Below, one piece after another: positions 45,430 to 56,724 of a DNA stretch of 64,000 nucleotides. The translations under genes were made by a program, and so were the position numbers. The DNA lies in contig DAIDHR010000004.1 in assembly GCA_027459605.1 (NCBI GenBank), forward strand, positions 3,886-67,885. The letters run 5' to 3'. Every line of letters begins with the position of its first letter. Position 1 is the first letter of the stretch. Below the pieces are notes generated by a model that had not been told where the DNA came from, did not search any database, and saw nothing but the letters and a program-made list of their open reading frames with translations. Source of the stretch: Alphaproteobacteria bacterium (GTDB lineage Bacteria; Pseudomonadota; Alphaproteobacteria; UBA9655).

Positions 45430-47553
45430 ATGACCCAGTTCCGACGTAGCTATAATCGAATTGCACTTCTAACAGGAATAGCCTTGGCGCTGATTACATT
45501 GGGAATTGAGTATTTTCAATATAACCACAATAAACAGCTTCTTTTAATTGATCTGAAGAACCGCCTTAATGAACATACCATGAATATGAACCTTAGGGCG
45601 CGAACTATTCGGGGGTATGTAAATGGTCTCCGAAACGCAGCAGAAAACTCTCTTTTCTACATTCGTCAATTTGGGACAACCTCCCCTCTCTTTCCATTCC
45701 TTAAAAATAATAGAGCACTCAACAGCTATGATTTGGATCTCGAAAATCAAAATATAAATAAGGGTTTAGTTAGTAACTTAACGGGCCTAGGTAATATCAA
45801 GGACATATCAGATGACTTAAAAGCTGAACTTCAAATGGCTTTATTCTTGAATCCTTTTTTAGAAATGGCTCTTAGAAACAATCGGGGAGCCGTCTGGACA
45901 TATTATACTTCCCAAAATCATTTCCAAAATCTTTACCCTTGGACACCTTCTCATCAGAATTTTTACCATAAGGGGCTTGAATCTAAGTTTTTTTTTCAAG
46001 GAGCCATTCCAGAAAAAAATCCAGAGCGACAGAATTTTTGGACAGAGGCATATCAAGATGGAATTGCTGATGGAGTTCTTTATCAAAAGGGAATTGTTGT
46101 AACGAATTCTTCTCCTATTTATGAAGGAGATCGCTTTTTAGGAGTTGTTTCTCTTGATCTTAGTCTTTCTGAATTGAATCGGGTTATGAAACGCTTTAAT
46201 GCTTTTAAAGGCTCCCTTCTCCTGATCAACAAAAATCATCAAGTCTTAGCGACAAATGGAGATAACTCATCCCGGGCCCAAGGGGTGATCCCCCACCTTG
46301 AACAATTTGTCCCCACCCCCATCATTCAGCGAATTGATCAAGAGATGAAAGCTCCTTCAGGATGGTTTTCTTCATATAATTCTTCAATTTTCTATATCAT
46401 AGATATGCATGAAGCTCCTTGGTACCTTGTTTACGTGGGATCAAAATCAGACCTATTTATGGGGATTTATTTTGAAGCTCTTGAAAACATCATTGTCATT
46501 ACGGCTATTTTAATTTTTGTTGTTGGGATGGGCTACCTTCTCATGATTCATGATGTTATCTCTCCAGCGCAAAAACTTGTGGATCATATTTCAAAAGTAA
46601 AGCGGGGAGAAAAAAGCACATTCCAAAAGATACCTGCACGATGGCAGCCCTGGTTTGATATCATTTCTCATACGTTTGAGGAAAATCGCGCCCTTATGAC
46701 TGACCTTGAAAACCGTGTCAAGCTCCGCACAAAACAACTTCAACAAAAAAATTCTCAGCTTGAAAAAACTTTATCGGACCTCAAAAAGGCCCAGAATCAA
46801 ATCATCGTCCAAGAGAAACTCGCAAGCCTCGGCGCTTTAACTGCAGGTATCGCTCATGAAATTAAAAACCCTCTCAATTTTATCATCAATTTTTCAGATT
46901 TATCCATTGAATACTTACATGAATTAAAAAATAAAGTTTCTGATGAAAACAAGCTTTTTAGCTTAATCGAAGAAAATATGATCAAAACAAAGGAGCATGC
47001 GGCGCGTGCAGATTCCATTGTCAAAGGTATGTTAGCCCATGCGCGGGGAAGTACAGGGGAAATCACTATCTTTAATCTCCACAAACTCTTAGATGATGCC
47101 ATCGAGCTCGCCTATATTGGCTTTCAAGGAAAAGAAACTGATTTTACGACAAAATTTACCAAAGAGTTTGATCCAACTATTCAAACAATCCATGGCTCTG
47201 AACAAGATCTTGCTCGAGTTTTCCTAAATATTATCAATAATTCTTGCTTTGCCATGCATGAAAAACAAAAAAAGTTCGGTAAGGGTTACAGACCTGAGTT
47301 AACTGTTAAAACACGTTCCCTTGGAAAATCAATCCAAATTACCTTCGAAGACAACGGCCCTGGAATGAGCGGAGCAGTCCTGAAAAAAATTTTCACCCCC
47401 TTCTTTACAACCAAAGAACCTGGGAAAGGAACGGGTTTAGGGCTTTCTTTAAGCTATGATATCGTTACCCACCAACATCACGGCCAGATTACCGTGAAAA
47501 GCAAAATTGGTAAGTCCTCTCAATTTACCATTGAACTTCCAAAAGAAACATGA
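45430..47553 (+). CDS. Sensor histidine kinase with periplasmic Cache-like domain
   Basis: TM segment, about 300 aa of sensor, a second TM segment and a coiled coil. H-box is AHEIKNPLN. N box is NIINNS. G boxes are DNGPGM and GTGLGLS. Confidence 0.85.
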   Translation: MTQFRRSYNRIALLTGIALALITLGIEYFQYNHNKQLLLIDLKNRLNEHTMNMNLRARTIRGYVNGLRNAAENSLFYIRQFGTTSPLFPFLKNNRALNSYDLDLENQNINKGLVSNLTGLGNIKDISDDLKAELQMALFLNPFLEMALRNNRGAVWTYYTSQNHFQNLYPWTPSHQNFYHKGLESKFFFQGAIPEKNPERQNFWTEAYQDGIADGVLYQKGIVVTNSSPIYEGDRFLGVVSLDLSLSELNRVMKRFNAFKGSLLLINKNHQVLATNGDNSSRAQGVIPHLEQFVPTPIIQRIDQEMKAPSGWFSSYNSSIFYIIDMHEAPWYLVYVGSKSDLFMGIYFEALENIIVITAILIFVVGMGYLLMIHDVISPAQKLVDHISKVKRGEKSTFQKIPARWQPWFDIISHTFEENRALMTDLENRVKLRTKQLQQKNSQLEKTLSDLKKAQNQIIVQEKLASLGALTAGIAHEIKNPLNFIINFSDLSIEYLHELKNKVSDENKLFSLIEENMIKTKEHAARADSIVKGMLAHARGSTGEITIFNLHKLLDDAIELAYIGFQGKETDFTTKFTKEFDPTIQTIHGSEQDLARVFLNIINNSCFAMHEKQKKFGKGYRPELTVKTRSLGKSIQITFEDNGPGMSGAVLKKIFTPFFTTKEPGKGTGLGLSLSYDIVTHQHHGQITVKSKIGKSSQFTIELPKET

Positions 47554-47560
47554 GGGACAC

Positions 47561-49165
47561 ATGAACGAAGATAAGATGAGCTATGACGTGGTCATTGTAG
47601 GCGCTGGTCCGGCGGGTCTTGGAGCCGCAATCCGTCTCAAACAACTTGATCCAAAGATAACGGTCTGTATTCTTGAAAAGGGAGCAGAAGTCGGAAACCA
47701 CATCCTTTCAGGCGCAATCATCGAACCTCGTGCCCTTAATGACCTATTTCCGGATTGGAGGGCAAGAGGCGCTCCCCTTGAAACTCCTGCCATTAAAGAT
47801 CATTTCCTCTTTCTTACAGCCTACCATGCCTGGCCAATGCCAACGCCCCCCCAAATGCACAATAAAGGAAACTATATTGCAAGCTTAGGAGCCCTTTGCA
47901 AATGGCTTGCGGGCCAGGCAGAAGCATTAGGCGTTGAGATCTTTCCAGGATTTGCCGGTTCTTGCTGCCTTTTTAACGATGAGAATCAAGTCGTCGGCAT
48001 TGAAACTGGCCCACAAGGCCTAGACTCCAATGGAAACCCCACCTCTCGTTATGAGCCGGGTGTTAAAATTTTCGGGAAAATGACGCTCTTAGCCGAAGGG
48101 TGCCGAGGGTCTTTAACCCAAGAGATTATCAAACGTTATGCCTTGGACAGTGAGTCCGATCCTCAAACCTATGGGCTGGGAATTAAGGAAATTTGGGAAA
48201 TTGATCCCTCCAAAAGTAAACCTGGTCATGTGATCCACACCATCGGATGGCCTCTCAAAAATCACCCCTATGGGGGATCTTTTATTTACCATTTAAACAA
48301 CAATAAAGTCCTTATTGGATTTGTTGTAGGTCTTGATTATCAAAATCCTCACCTGAGCCCCTTTGAAGAATTTCAACGATTCAAAACCCATCCTTTTGTT
48401 CGCAACCTATTGACAGGAGGAAGGTGTCTCTCTTATGGGGCCAGAAGTTTGAATGAGGGAGGCTATCAATCCATTCCAAAACTTGAATTTCCAGGAGGCT
48501 CTCTTATAGGATGTGCTGCAGGATTTTTGAATGTCCCTAAAATTAAAGGATCTCACACGGCCTTAAAATCAGGGATGATCGCAGGCGAAGCCGTTTATGA
48601 GTATTTAGTTAAAGGGGCTCCCTATACCTATCAAAAACGTCTTGAAGAGAGTTGGATTTATAAGGAGCTTTATAAAGTTCGCAATATCCGTCCAGGATTC
48701 CAGAAGGGCCTTTGGATCGGCTTAATCAATGCGGCTTTTGAAACCTATATCACGCGCGGCAGGAGTCCATGGACCCTCGAAAATCACGCTGATTACAAGC
48801 GTCTCAAAAAAGCCAATCAATGCACCCCCATTTCTTACCCAAAGCCTGACGGCAAAATAACCTTTGACCGCCTTTCCTCTGTTTATCGCTCAAATATCCA
48901 GTATGATGAAAATCAACCCAATCCTTTACATCTGAAAGACCCACAAAAAGCCCTTTCCATCAATTATGAACTTTATGATTTTCCAGAAGGTCGTTATTGC
49001 CCTGCCCATGTCTATGAACTGGTGGAAGGCCCTGAAGGACCCCGGCTCCATATGAACCCTTCTAATTGTGTACACTGTAAAGCATGTGACATAAAAGACC
49101 CCACCCAAAACATTACTTGGACTCCCCCTGAAGGGGGATCAGGCCCTCATTATGTAAATATGTAA
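47561..49165 (+). CDS. Electron-transfer flavoprotein:ubiquinone oxidoreductase
   Basis: FAD motif VVIVGAGPAGLGAA. C-terminal 4Fe-4S region CPAHVYE...NCVHCKACDIKDP. Confidence 0.93.
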   Translation: MNEDKMSYDVVIVGAGPAGLGAAIRLKQLDPKITVCILEKGAEVGNHILSGAIIEPRALNDLFPDWRARGAPLETPAIKDHFLFLTAYHAWPMPTPPQMHNKGNYIASLGALCKWLAGQAEALGVEIFPGFAGSCCLFNDENQVVGIETGPQGLDSNGNPTSRYEPGVKIFGKMTLLAEGCRGSLTQEIIKRYALDSESDPQTYGLGIKEIWEIDPSKSKPGHVIHTIGWPLKNHPYGGSFIYHLNNNKVLIGFVVGLDYQNPHLSPFEEFQRFKTHPFVRNLLTGGRCLSYGARSLNEGGYQSIPKLEFPGGSLIGCAAGFLNVPKIKGSHTALKSGMIAGEAVYEYLVKGAPYTYQKRLEESWIYKELYKVRNIRPGFQKGLWIGLINAAFETYITRGRSPWTLENHADYKRLKKANQCTPISYPKPDGKITFDRLSSVYRSNIQYDENQPNPLHLKDPQKALSINYELYDFPEGRYCPAHVYELVEGPEGPRLHMNPSNCVHCKACDIKDPTQNITWTPPEGGSGPHYVNM

Positions 49166-49269
49166 ACCAATTCGCATTCTTCGGGTGAGGGCAGTCAGAC
49201 TTCGGACTCGGGGTTCTCACGTACTAGATACGCTCCGCGCCCCTTGCCTCCTCTTCCTGCTCATTGTTA

Positions 49270-49800
49270 TTATTTTATCAAATATCCATCTTTCCCGTTC
49301 AGGAGAATTTGCGGATTGTTTGGATCCTCTTCAAGCTTTTGTCTTAACCGATAAATATGGGTTTCAAGAGTGTGAGTTTCAGCATCGGGATGATAGTCCC
49401 AAATTTCTTGTAAAAGTTTTTCTTTGGAAAGTTCTTGTCCTTTATTTTGATGGAAGAACCGCAGCAGCTGACACTCTTTTTCAGTAAGCCTTTGTACTTC
49501 ATGGGTATTAAGATTTTTAAGGTTTTTTTCCCTTATATCTAAGGAAAAATGAGCTAAACTTATTTCTTGGCTATAGGGAAGATTTCCTAAAAGAGAAAGA
49601 AGATCCAAGAACCGAAGAGGTTTTGAAAGGCTTGAAAAGTCTAAAGAGGGCTTTTTTTCACTTGAGTACGGAAGAGTAAACAAAAGCCCTTCAGCGTCAG
49701 CTTCATCGGTTGTTAGGTAAATACCAACCTGAGGAAGAAGCTCTTCAAGAGCCTCTAAAATCAACAAGTCTTTGGTCTTTAGATAAATCCTTAACATCAT
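49270..49800 (-). CDS. OmpR/PhoB-type winged-helix regulator with truncated, non-canonical N-terminal (pseudo-receiver) region
   Basis: The C-terminus LTEKECQLLRFFHQNKGQELSKEKLLQEIWDY...THIYRLRQKL is Trans_reg_C-like. The roughly 75-aa N-terminus lacks the acidic pocket and the phospho-Asp context. Confidence 0.7.
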   Translation of the reverse strand: MMLRIYLKTKDLLILEALEELLPQVGIYLTTDEADAEGLLFTLPYSSEKKPSLDFSSLSKPLRFLDLLSLLGNLPYSQEISLAHFSLDIREKNLKNLNTHEVQRLTEKECQLLRFFHQNKGQELSKEKLLQEIWDYHPDAETHTLETHIYRLRQKLEEDPNNPQILLNGKDGYLIK

Positions 49801-49964
49801 TACTGTGGCACGTGTGTCACATGCTCTCTAAAAATCATTTTAAGGTGAAGTTTACCATTGAGAGGAATTCTATCAAGTGTCTTTTATAGATCTTGTAAGT
49901 CATCATTTTTTTGATGGTAAAAAATTTTATTGTTTGTTAACTACCCTATTTCGGAGGATACCTC

Positions 49965-51221
49965 ATGGCTCGCTACCTTCTTGGCTCGACGATTCTTCTA
50001 AGTACCGCATTATTCAGTGTAAACGTTCATGCCGCCTCAGTTGTCATTCCATCTTTACAAACACCAACTCTTAAAATTAGCGGGCAAACTTCTTTTAACA
50101 ATTGGTTTTTTGAAAATAAACACAAAACCCTTAACAATTCTGCTGACAAAAATCCATGTAACCGCCAAAAGTTTGGGCGGGGTCAGCTTTTTACGGTTGA
50201 TGATTCAAAGTTAAAATTTACCGTATCCGGAAAACTTGATACAGGCATGGAATATGGACTCGTGATTGTCCTTGATGGGAACAGAAATAAAGATAAAATC
50301 GTCCGTGAAAATTACCTGTTTTTTGAAGGAAGCTGGGGTAAAATTCTAGCAGGAGATACTTATGGTGTTCAAAATTTCATGTCCTTTGGCGGTTTCTCCG
50401 AATGGGGTGGAACGGGATTTATCGATGGGCCTTTGGACCGAGTTGTGAATTTTACGACAGGTGTCCTTCATTCCGTTGATCTTGTGGGTGATACGAGTCG
50501 TAACACAAAGCTTACCTACGTTTCACCTCGGTGGAATGGCATTCAAGCGGGTATAAGCTATACTCCCCAAACGGAACACATTGGTGAAGCTCCGATTAAC
50601 TCTCAAACAAGCGTAGCAAGTCCAAAGCAACCTTTTGGAGCTGATAACGTCGCAAGCGGAATCAACTTTATCCACAAATTTTCCGATGACTTCGAAATGG
50701 CTCTTTCAGCAACTTCCATTTTTGATAAGGCACGCCCTGAATATCATGGAGCCCGCAAACGGCACCGTACAGCATCCTTTGCCTTTGGTGGAGACTTCAC
50801 TCTTGGCGATATTGGATTTGGAGCTGAGTATGGAAACAACTTGCGGTCTCGAGAATTTGCTGGTCAGGATACGAGATTTAAGTCAAATGCAGGCCAATTC
50901 CTAGATTTCGGTCTTTCTTATACCTGGGGAGCTACAAAGCTTAGTGCCGGCTATTATTATGGGTGGAGAAATACTTTGCACAAAGAGTCTAAGAAGCGTA
51001 AAAAAGCTAAAACAAATGCTTTTCAAACCGCTGTTGACCATAAACTGGCTCCTGGCTTAGGTGTTTACTTTGAATATTCCCACATTCAAATGAATAATCC
51101 AAAAGCAAAGTTTGAAGCCAAGCAAGTTAATAATGTTCTAGAACAATGCAAACAATTTGATGGACTTACAAAAAGTAATCGAGCCAATGTCTTTATCATA
51201 GGATCCCGTCTTGTTTTCTAG
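49965..51221 (+). CDS. Outer-membrane porin (Gram-negative general porin family)
   Basis: Signal peptide ending VHA. Beta-strand periodicity throughout, with a C-terminal GSRLVF. Confidence 0.8.
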   Translation: MARYLLGSTILLSTALFSVNVHAASVVIPSLQTPTLKISGQTSFNNWFFENKHKTLNNSADKNPCNRQKFGRGQLFTVDDSKLKFTVSGKLDTGMEYGLVIVLDGNRNKDKIVRENYLFFEGSWGKILAGDTYGVQNFMSFGGFSEWGGTGFIDGPLDRVVNFTTGVLHSVDLVGDTSRNTKLTYVSPRWNGIQAGISYTPQTEHIGEAPINSQTSVASPKQPFGADNVASGINFIHKFSDDFEMALSATSIFDKARPEYHGARKRHRTASFAFGGDFTLGDIGFGAEYGNNLRSREFAGQDTRFKSNAGQFLDFGLSYTWGATKLSAGYYYGWRNTLHKESKKRKKAKTNAFQTAVDHKLAPGLGVYFEYSHIQMNNPKAKFEAKQVNNVLEQCKQFDGLTKSNRANVFIIGSRLVF

Positions 51222-51246
51222 ATCTCGTTGATATGATGTTAACCTG

Positions 51247-51271
51247 AGGAGGGAGCGATTCCTCCTTTTTT
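51247..51271 (+). terminator. Rho-independent terminator after the porin gene
   Basis: Stem AGGAGG, 8-nt loop, stem CCTCCT, followed by TTTTT. Confidence 0.75.
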
Positions 51272-51337
51272 ATCCTCTTGACGTTCCCCTTCCCAAAGCG
51301 CATATCTTAAAAAAATTGATGAGTAGAGAGTAAGTAT

Positions 51338-51850
51338 ATGATGCAGTTAAGGTACTTCTCAGCCTTTTTTTTGGCCTTAGGTCTTTCTGGCTGTTTTTCA
51401 GATTATCAGCGTGAAGAGATACAATCGGAAACTTCCGAAGATCGCCGAGCCCGGGAAACTGGTAAATTTTTAGGAGAAGAAACCCTTACTTTTGGTGGCT
51501 CTAAAAAACGAGACCAGGAAGATACTGGTCTTGGTGTAAATAGTTATTTATGGCGAGCAAGCCTCGATACCATTTCTTTTATGCCCCTTGCCTCTGCGGA
51601 TCCTTTTGGCGGAGTTATTATTACAGAGTGGTATTCTCCTCCTCAAAGCCCTCAAGAAAGATTAAAAGTTAATATTTTTATTCTAGATCGCCAGCTGCGT
51701 TCCGACGGTCTAAAGGTAAGTCTTTTTAGGCAAGAACAAGATAATAATGGTCAGTGGATTGACCAAGCCGTAGATCCACAAACCATGAAGGATTTAGAGC
51801 ATGCTATTTTAGCAAGAGCCCGCCATTTTCGAACAACGGCAAAAAAATAA
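51338..51850 (+). CDS. DUF3576-family lipoprotein
   Basis: Lipobox LSGC. The conserved core is [32 protein letters not shown]. Confidence 0.8.
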   Translation: MMQLRYFSAFFLALGLSGCFSDYQREEIQSETSEDRRARETGKFLGEETLTFGGSKKRDQEDTGLGVNSYLWRASLDTISFMPLASADPFGGVIITEWYSPPQSPQERLKVNIFILDRQLRSDGLKVSLFRQEQDNNGQWIDQAVDPQTMKDLEHAILARARHFRTTAKK

Positions 51851-51861
51851 CAGAGTCAAAA

Positions 51862-54402
51862 ATGAGTGCACGCTATAATTTCCGTGAATATGAAGAAAAA
51901 TGGCAAAAGGCATGGGATAAGGCAGACCTCTTCAAAGCTAAGGAAGAAGCCCCAAAATATTATGTTTTGGAGATGCTTCCCTATCCTTCCGGGCGCCTTC
52001 ATATGGGCCATGCACGAAATTACACCATTGGTGATGTGATTGCTCGCTATAAACGGTCTTTAGGCTATTCAGTCCTTCACCCTATGGGATGGGACGCTTT
52101 TGGTCTTCCTGCAGAAAATGCCGCCATTCAACACGGGGTTCACCCAAAAACGTGGACCCTTGAAAATATCCATTTAATGAAAAAAGAAATCGAATCGTTA
52201 GGAATTTCCTACGATTGGAGTAGAGAAATTTTAACATGTTCTCCTCACTATTATTCTCATGAGCAAAAAATCTTTTTAGATTTTTTAAAAAAGGGAATTG
52301 CCTACAGAAAAGAATCCTTTGTGAATTGGGATCCAATCGAAGGAACAGTCCTCGCTAATGAGCAAGTGATTGATGGAAAAGGATGGCGCTCGGGAGCTCC
52401 GATTGAACGCCGAAAGCTTTCCCAGTGGTTTTTAAAAATTACTGATTTTGCTCAAGAGCTTCTGGACGATTTAAATCATTTAGATCACTGGCCAGAACAA
52501 GTTAAAACCATGCAAATTAATTGGATTGGCCGCTCCCAGGGGGCTCGTATTCATTTTTCTCTCATTGAGAAGAACAAAATTTTGGAAGTTTTTACAACCC
52601 GGCCTGATACAATTTTTGGAGCCTCTTTCATTGGTATTTCCCCAGATCATCCTTTCGTTGAAGACCTTGCAAAATCGATGCCTTCTCTTCAAACCTTTAT
52701 CAGTGAATGTCGTGCCCTTGGGACAAGTCAAAAAGAAATCGATACAACTGAAAAAAGAGGGTTTAATACAGGACTGACCGTTCAGCACCCTTTTTTAAAG
52801 AACTCCACTCTCTCCCTTTACGTTGCAAACTTCGTTCTTATGGATTACGGAACTGGGGTTATTTTTGGTTGTCCCGCCCATGATGAACGAGACTTTGAAT
52901 TTGCAACAAAGTATAAGCTTCCCATTCTTCCGGTTGTAAAAAGCCCAAATGAAGCTCCTCTCCCCTATGATGGAGAAGGAATCCTCGTGAATTCAGATTT
53001 CCTTGACGGTCTTTCTATTGAAGATGCCAAGAAAGAAGTAATTCGACGTCTTGTCTCAAAAAAATTAGGGTCTCCAGAAGTCAGTTATAAACTCAGAGAT
53101 TGGGGGGTTTCTCGCCAAAGATATTGGGGATGTCCCATTCCCATCATTCACTGTCCAAAGTGTGGTATTGTGCCTGTTCCTGAAAACCAACTTCCTGTTA
53201 AATTACCCGACGATGTTTCTTTTGATCAACCTGGAAATCCATTGGATCTTCACCCAACATGGAAATATGTGGATTGTCCAACGTGTGGACTGTCTTCAGA
53301 ACGGGAAACAGATACATTTGATACATTTATGGACTCCTCATGGTATTTTGCCCGGTACTGTTCTCCTCATGCGTCCGCGCCCTTTGAGAAAGATAAAGCT
53401 GAATTTTGGATGCCTGTTGACCAATATATTGGGGGGATTGAACATGCAATTCTTCACCTTCTCTATGCTCGTTTTTTCACTAAAGCTTTGCGAGAATGTG
53501 GATATTGGTCTCTGTCTGAACCTTTTCAAAATCTTCTCACCCAAGGGATGGTTTGCCACGAAACCTATCGAGATCAAGCTGGAGCTTGGCTCTATCCCCA
53601 TGAAATTGAAAAACGTCAGGGACAAGTTGTAAAAATCTCCGATGGGAGTCCCGTCAAGGTTGGTCGCTCTGAAAAAATGAGCAAATCGAAATGCAATGTT
53701 GTTCCAGCTGCTAAAATTGTAGAAGAGTATGGGGCTGATACAGCCCGTCTCTTTATGCTTTCCGACAGCCCTCCAGAAAGAGATTTTGAGTGGACAGAGG
53801 CTGGCATTGAAGGAAGTTGGCGTTACATCAATAAACTATGGCGTTTAATTACGTCTCATTTGTCTGATTTGAAATCGATCAAGTCTTTCGAGACTCCTCT
53901 ATCTTTTTCTAAGAATGCCATGGCCCTCAGGAAAGCCACCCATCGAACGATCAATCATGTCACTCAAGACATTGAAAGGTTTCACTATAATCGCTATATT
54001 GCCCACCTTAGAGAATTTTCTAACTTTCTTGAAACCTTCACCTCATCGGAAGAATCTGACTTATGGGCCCTTCGTGAGGCCCTTCATACCCTCGTTCTCT
54101 TGATTTCACCAGCTCTCCCCCATTTAGCAGAAACCTTGTGGGCTGAACTCGGCCACCCTCCTTTTGTTTCCGATCAACCATGGCCAAAGGCTGATTCTAC
54201 TCTTCTGCAGGAAGAAATCGTTACTGTTGCTATTCAAATTAATGGAAAAATGAGGGGAACCCTTGAATTATCTCCTGATTTAAGTGAGGATGAAGTTAAA
54301 TCTCTTATTTTGAGCTTGCCCTCGATAAAGCCCCATGTTCAAGATAAGCAACTTAAGAAATTTATTTACATCCCAGGAAAAATTGCCAATGTGGTCTTCT
54401 AA
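51862..54402 (+). CDS. leuS: Leucine--tRNA ligase
   Basis: [15 protein letters not shown] (HIGH region), KMSKSK, and CP1 editing domain motifs. Confidence 0.97.
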   Translation: MSARYNFREYEEKWQKAWDKADLFKAKEEAPKYYVLEMLPYPSGRLHMGHARNYTIGDVIARYKRSLGYSVLHPMGWDAFGLPAENAAIQHGVHPKTWTLENIHLMKKEIESLGISYDWSREILTCSPHYYSHEQKIFLDFLKKGIAYRKESFVNWDPIEGTVLANEQVIDGKGWRSGAPIERRKLSQWFLKITDFAQELLDDLNHLDHWPEQVKTMQINWIGRSQGARIHFSLIEKNKILEVFTTRPDTIFGASFIGISPDHPFVEDLAKSMPSLQTFISECRALGTSQKEIDTTEKRGFNTGLTVQHPFLKNSTLSLYVANFVLMDYGTGVIFGCPAHDERDFEFATKYKLPILPVVKSPNEAPLPYDGEGILVNSDFLDGLSIEDAKKEVIRRLVSKKLGSPEVSYKLRDWGVSRQRYWGCPIPIIHCPKCGIVPVPENQLPVKLPDDVSFDQPGNPLDLHPTWKYVDCPTCGLSSERETDTFDTFMDSSWYFARYCSPHASAPFEKDKAEFWMPVDQYIGGIEHAILHLLYARFFTKALRECGYWSLSEPFQNLLTQGMVCHETYRDQAGAWLYPHEIEKRQGQVVKISDGSPVKVGRSEKMSKSKCNVVPAAKIVEEYGADTARLFMLSDSPPERDFEWTEAGIEGSWRYINKLWRLITSHLSDLKSIKSFETPLSFSKNAMALRKATHRTINHVTQDIERFHYNRYIAHLREFSNFLETFTSSEESDLWALREALHTLVLLISPALPHLAETLWAELGHPPFVSDQPWPKADSTLLQEEIVTVAIQINGKMRGTLELSPDLSEDEVKSLILSLPSIKPHVQDKQLKKFIYIPGKIANVVF

Positions 54403-54886
54403 ACTTCTCTTTTCCCTCAGTCTTTGTTTCTTTCTTACCGCGTGTGGGTGGCGCCCTCTCTATACATCACCTGATGGAAGTTATGATATTTCTTATCCCA
54501 TTAAGATTGCTACAATAGAGGAGCGGAATGGCCAAATTTTAAGAAACTTCCTTGTAGATCTTATGAACCCGGAAGGTCCTCCCTCTCATCCCAAATATAT
54601 TATGAAGGTTGTCTTAGCAGAAAGTATTAAAGGTATTGGAGTTCAGAAAAATCAAAATACAACTCGAAAAGAAGCCATCTTAACAGCTACCATAACACTT
54701 TCAGAAACAAAGAAGAATAGAGTTGTCTATACTCATACTGCAAATGCAATTAATTCTTTTGCAGTCATCGGTCAAAATTATTATTCCGATGTAATTGCGG
54801 AAGATTATGCAGTAAAAGAGGCTGCTCATCTTCTGGCTGAAAAAATCAGGCTTTTAGTTGCAGCCTATTTAGAAACCCATAAATGA
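54389..54886 (+). CDS. lptE: LPS-assembly lipoprotein LptE
   Basis: Lipobox [10 protein letters not shown]. It sits in the conserved position between leuS and holA. The track start 54335 lies inside leuS. Confidence 0.75.
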   Translation: MWSSKLLFSLSLCFFLTACGWRPLYTSPDGSYDISYPIKIATIEERNGQILRNFLVDLMNPEGPPSHPKYIMKVVLAESIKGIGVQKNQNTTRKEAILTATITLSETKKNRVVYTHTANAINSFAVIGQNYYSDVIAEDYAVKEAAHLLAEKIRLLVAAYLETHK

Positions 54887-55800
54887 AAATTAGTTTTCCT
54901 TCCCTTTTTAGTGCACCTATTCAGAAATATAGATTTTTCTTTCTTTTTGGAAATGAAGAAACAGTCTTTGAACGGGCCATCTCCTTCCTACAAAAAAAAC
55001 TTTTATCTTCTCTTCAAATCAAAGCAGAAGTCGATTTACTAAATCATACAAGCTTATCTCCCTCTCTTTTTGAAGCGGAAGAAAATCCCTCTCTTACCCT
55101 TGTTCCTCATGTAACGGATAAGCTGTTACATCATGTTGATCAGCTGACGAGAGGGGTTTTCATTTTTACCTCCCAAAAAGCGCGCGCCCAGTCCAAGCTT
55201 GTAACCTATTTTACCGAATCTCCTGTCTCTCTTGCCATCGGAGCGTATGCAACCCCTCTTCTTCCTTCTGAATTTGAGTTTTTAATAGGAGACTTGAATC
55301 TTCCGGCTCATTTTAAAAGTCTCCTTTTTAAAACTTTTCAAAATGATTACATGGGGCTTTTAAGCACACTTGAAAAGGTAAAGCTTTTTAAAGATATTCC
55401 TGAAAACCAGTATGAGGCTTTTTTAGGATCATTTGCGCCGGATGACTTTATGCCTCTCCTGCAAGCATTTCTCCTCAAGGACATTAAAAAAGGGACTGAG
55501 GCTTCATCTTTCATCACATCCACCGACATTATTCCTTTTTTAAGAAGCTTAACTCGGGCTTTCCAAACACTTTTCGAGCTCATGCCTTTTAAAAATTCCC
55601 CTAAATCAATTCCGTGGCAGAAGCTTACGCCTCCTGTTTTCTTTAAAGAACAACCTTTATACGAAATGGCCCTTTCAAGGTGGAACTTCATGGAGATTCG
55701 AAATTTTTTAGAGGGTCTCTTAGAGCTTGAAAGAAAGGTGAAGCTATCAGCCTCATCGCTACCCCACATCCACCATGAGCTTTTAAGTTTTATAAAATAA
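54883..55800 (+). CDS. holA: DNA polymerase III subunit delta
   Basis: Assigned from its size and the conserved leuS-lptE-holA order. The sequence itself is divergent, so the call is mainly by synteny. Confidence 0.65.
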   Translation: MKISFPSLFSAPIQKYRFFFLFGNEETVFERAISFLQKKLLSSLQIKAEVDLLNHTSLSPSLFEAEENPSLTLVPHVTDKLLHHVDQLTRGVFIFTSQKARAQSKLVTYFTESPVSLAIGAYATPLLPSEFEFLIGDLNLPAHFKSLLFKTFQNDYMGLLSTLEKVKLFKDIPENQYEAFLGSFAPDDFMPLLQAFLLKDIKKGTEASSFITSTDIIPFLRSLTRAFQTLFELMPFKNSPKSIPWQKLTPPVFFKEQPLYEMALSRWNFMEIRNFLEGLLELERKVKLSASSLPHIHHELLSFIK

Positions 55801-55821
55801 AATGTATGTGATGATTTGTTT

Positions 55822-56724
55822 TCATGCCAAGAGGGGTAAACCTATTGAAGGGTTCGGACCAGTTACGATGGCGTTTAATTTCTTAAGGATTGCATCCAGC
55901 TCATCCGGATTTTTAAAAGAAATTGTAATCTTTCCCCCTGCTCCTTTCAGAATCAAATCTACAGGAACCCCCAGAAGGTCTCTAAGGTGAGCCTGTAAAA
56001 TATCTTTTTCAGGATCATAAGGAATGGAAGACTTTTCGAGTCCTCCTTTTTTAAGTTTTTCTTTTGATAAAGTCTCTACTTGGCGAACACTTAAATTATT
56101 TCCAAGGATCAATTCAGCAAGACCTTCGGGGTCCTCAACTCCAACAAGTGACCTACCATGCCCTGCCGAAAGTTTTCCTTCCATAAGGTATTCTTTGACT
56201 TTTTTTGGAAGAGTCAATAACCTTAAGGTATTTGCAATATGACTCCGGCTTTTCCCTAAAATTCGAGAGAGAGATTCTTGTGTATGATTAAATTGCTCCG
56301 CTAAACGCCGATACCCTTCTGCTTCTTCGATAGGATTCAAATCTTGTCGTTGAATGTTCTCAAGAAGACCAACCTCAAGAGTCTCAGCATCTGAAAACTC
56401 TTTCACGAGAGCAGGAATTTGGGTTAAGCCTGCCTTTTTAGCTGCCCTCCACCGTCTTTCCCCTGCCACAATTTGAAATTTATCCTTCTCTTGAGGATGA
56501 ACACGAACCAAAATAGGTTGTAAAATCCCCTTTTCTCGAATGGATTCAGCAAGAGCCATCAATTCATCTTCAGGAAAATAATGGCGTGGCTGATGGGGGT
56601 TAGGAAATATAACGTCCATAGAAAGAAGAAGAGATGAGCTCTGACCTTCCCTGTCTTCGTCCTCAGTAGATCCTAAAAGGGCCGAAAGACCACGGCCCAA
56701 AACTTGTTTTCTAATATCTGTCAT
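55822..56724 (-). CDS. parB: Chromosome partitioning protein ParB
   Basis: Contains GRGLSALL, the LENIQRQDLNPIEEA arginine-patch region and HTH SLSRILGKSRSHIANTLRLL. The start overlaps the parA stop (ATGA). Confidence 0.93.
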   Translation of the reverse strand: MTDIRKQVLGRGLSALLGSTEDEDREGQSSSLLLSMDVIFPNPHQPRHYFPEDELMALAESIREKGILQPILVRVHPQEKDKFQIVAGERRWRAAKKAGLTQIPALVKEFSDAETLEVGLLENIQRQDLNPIEEAEGYRRLAEQFNHTQESLSRILGKSRSHIANTLRLLTLPKKVKEYLMEGKLSAGHGRSLVGVEDPEGLAELILGNNLSVRQVETLSKEKLKKGGLEKSSIPYDPEKDILQAHLRDLLGVPVDLILKGAGGKITISFKNPDELDAILKKLNAIVTGPNPSIGLPLLA

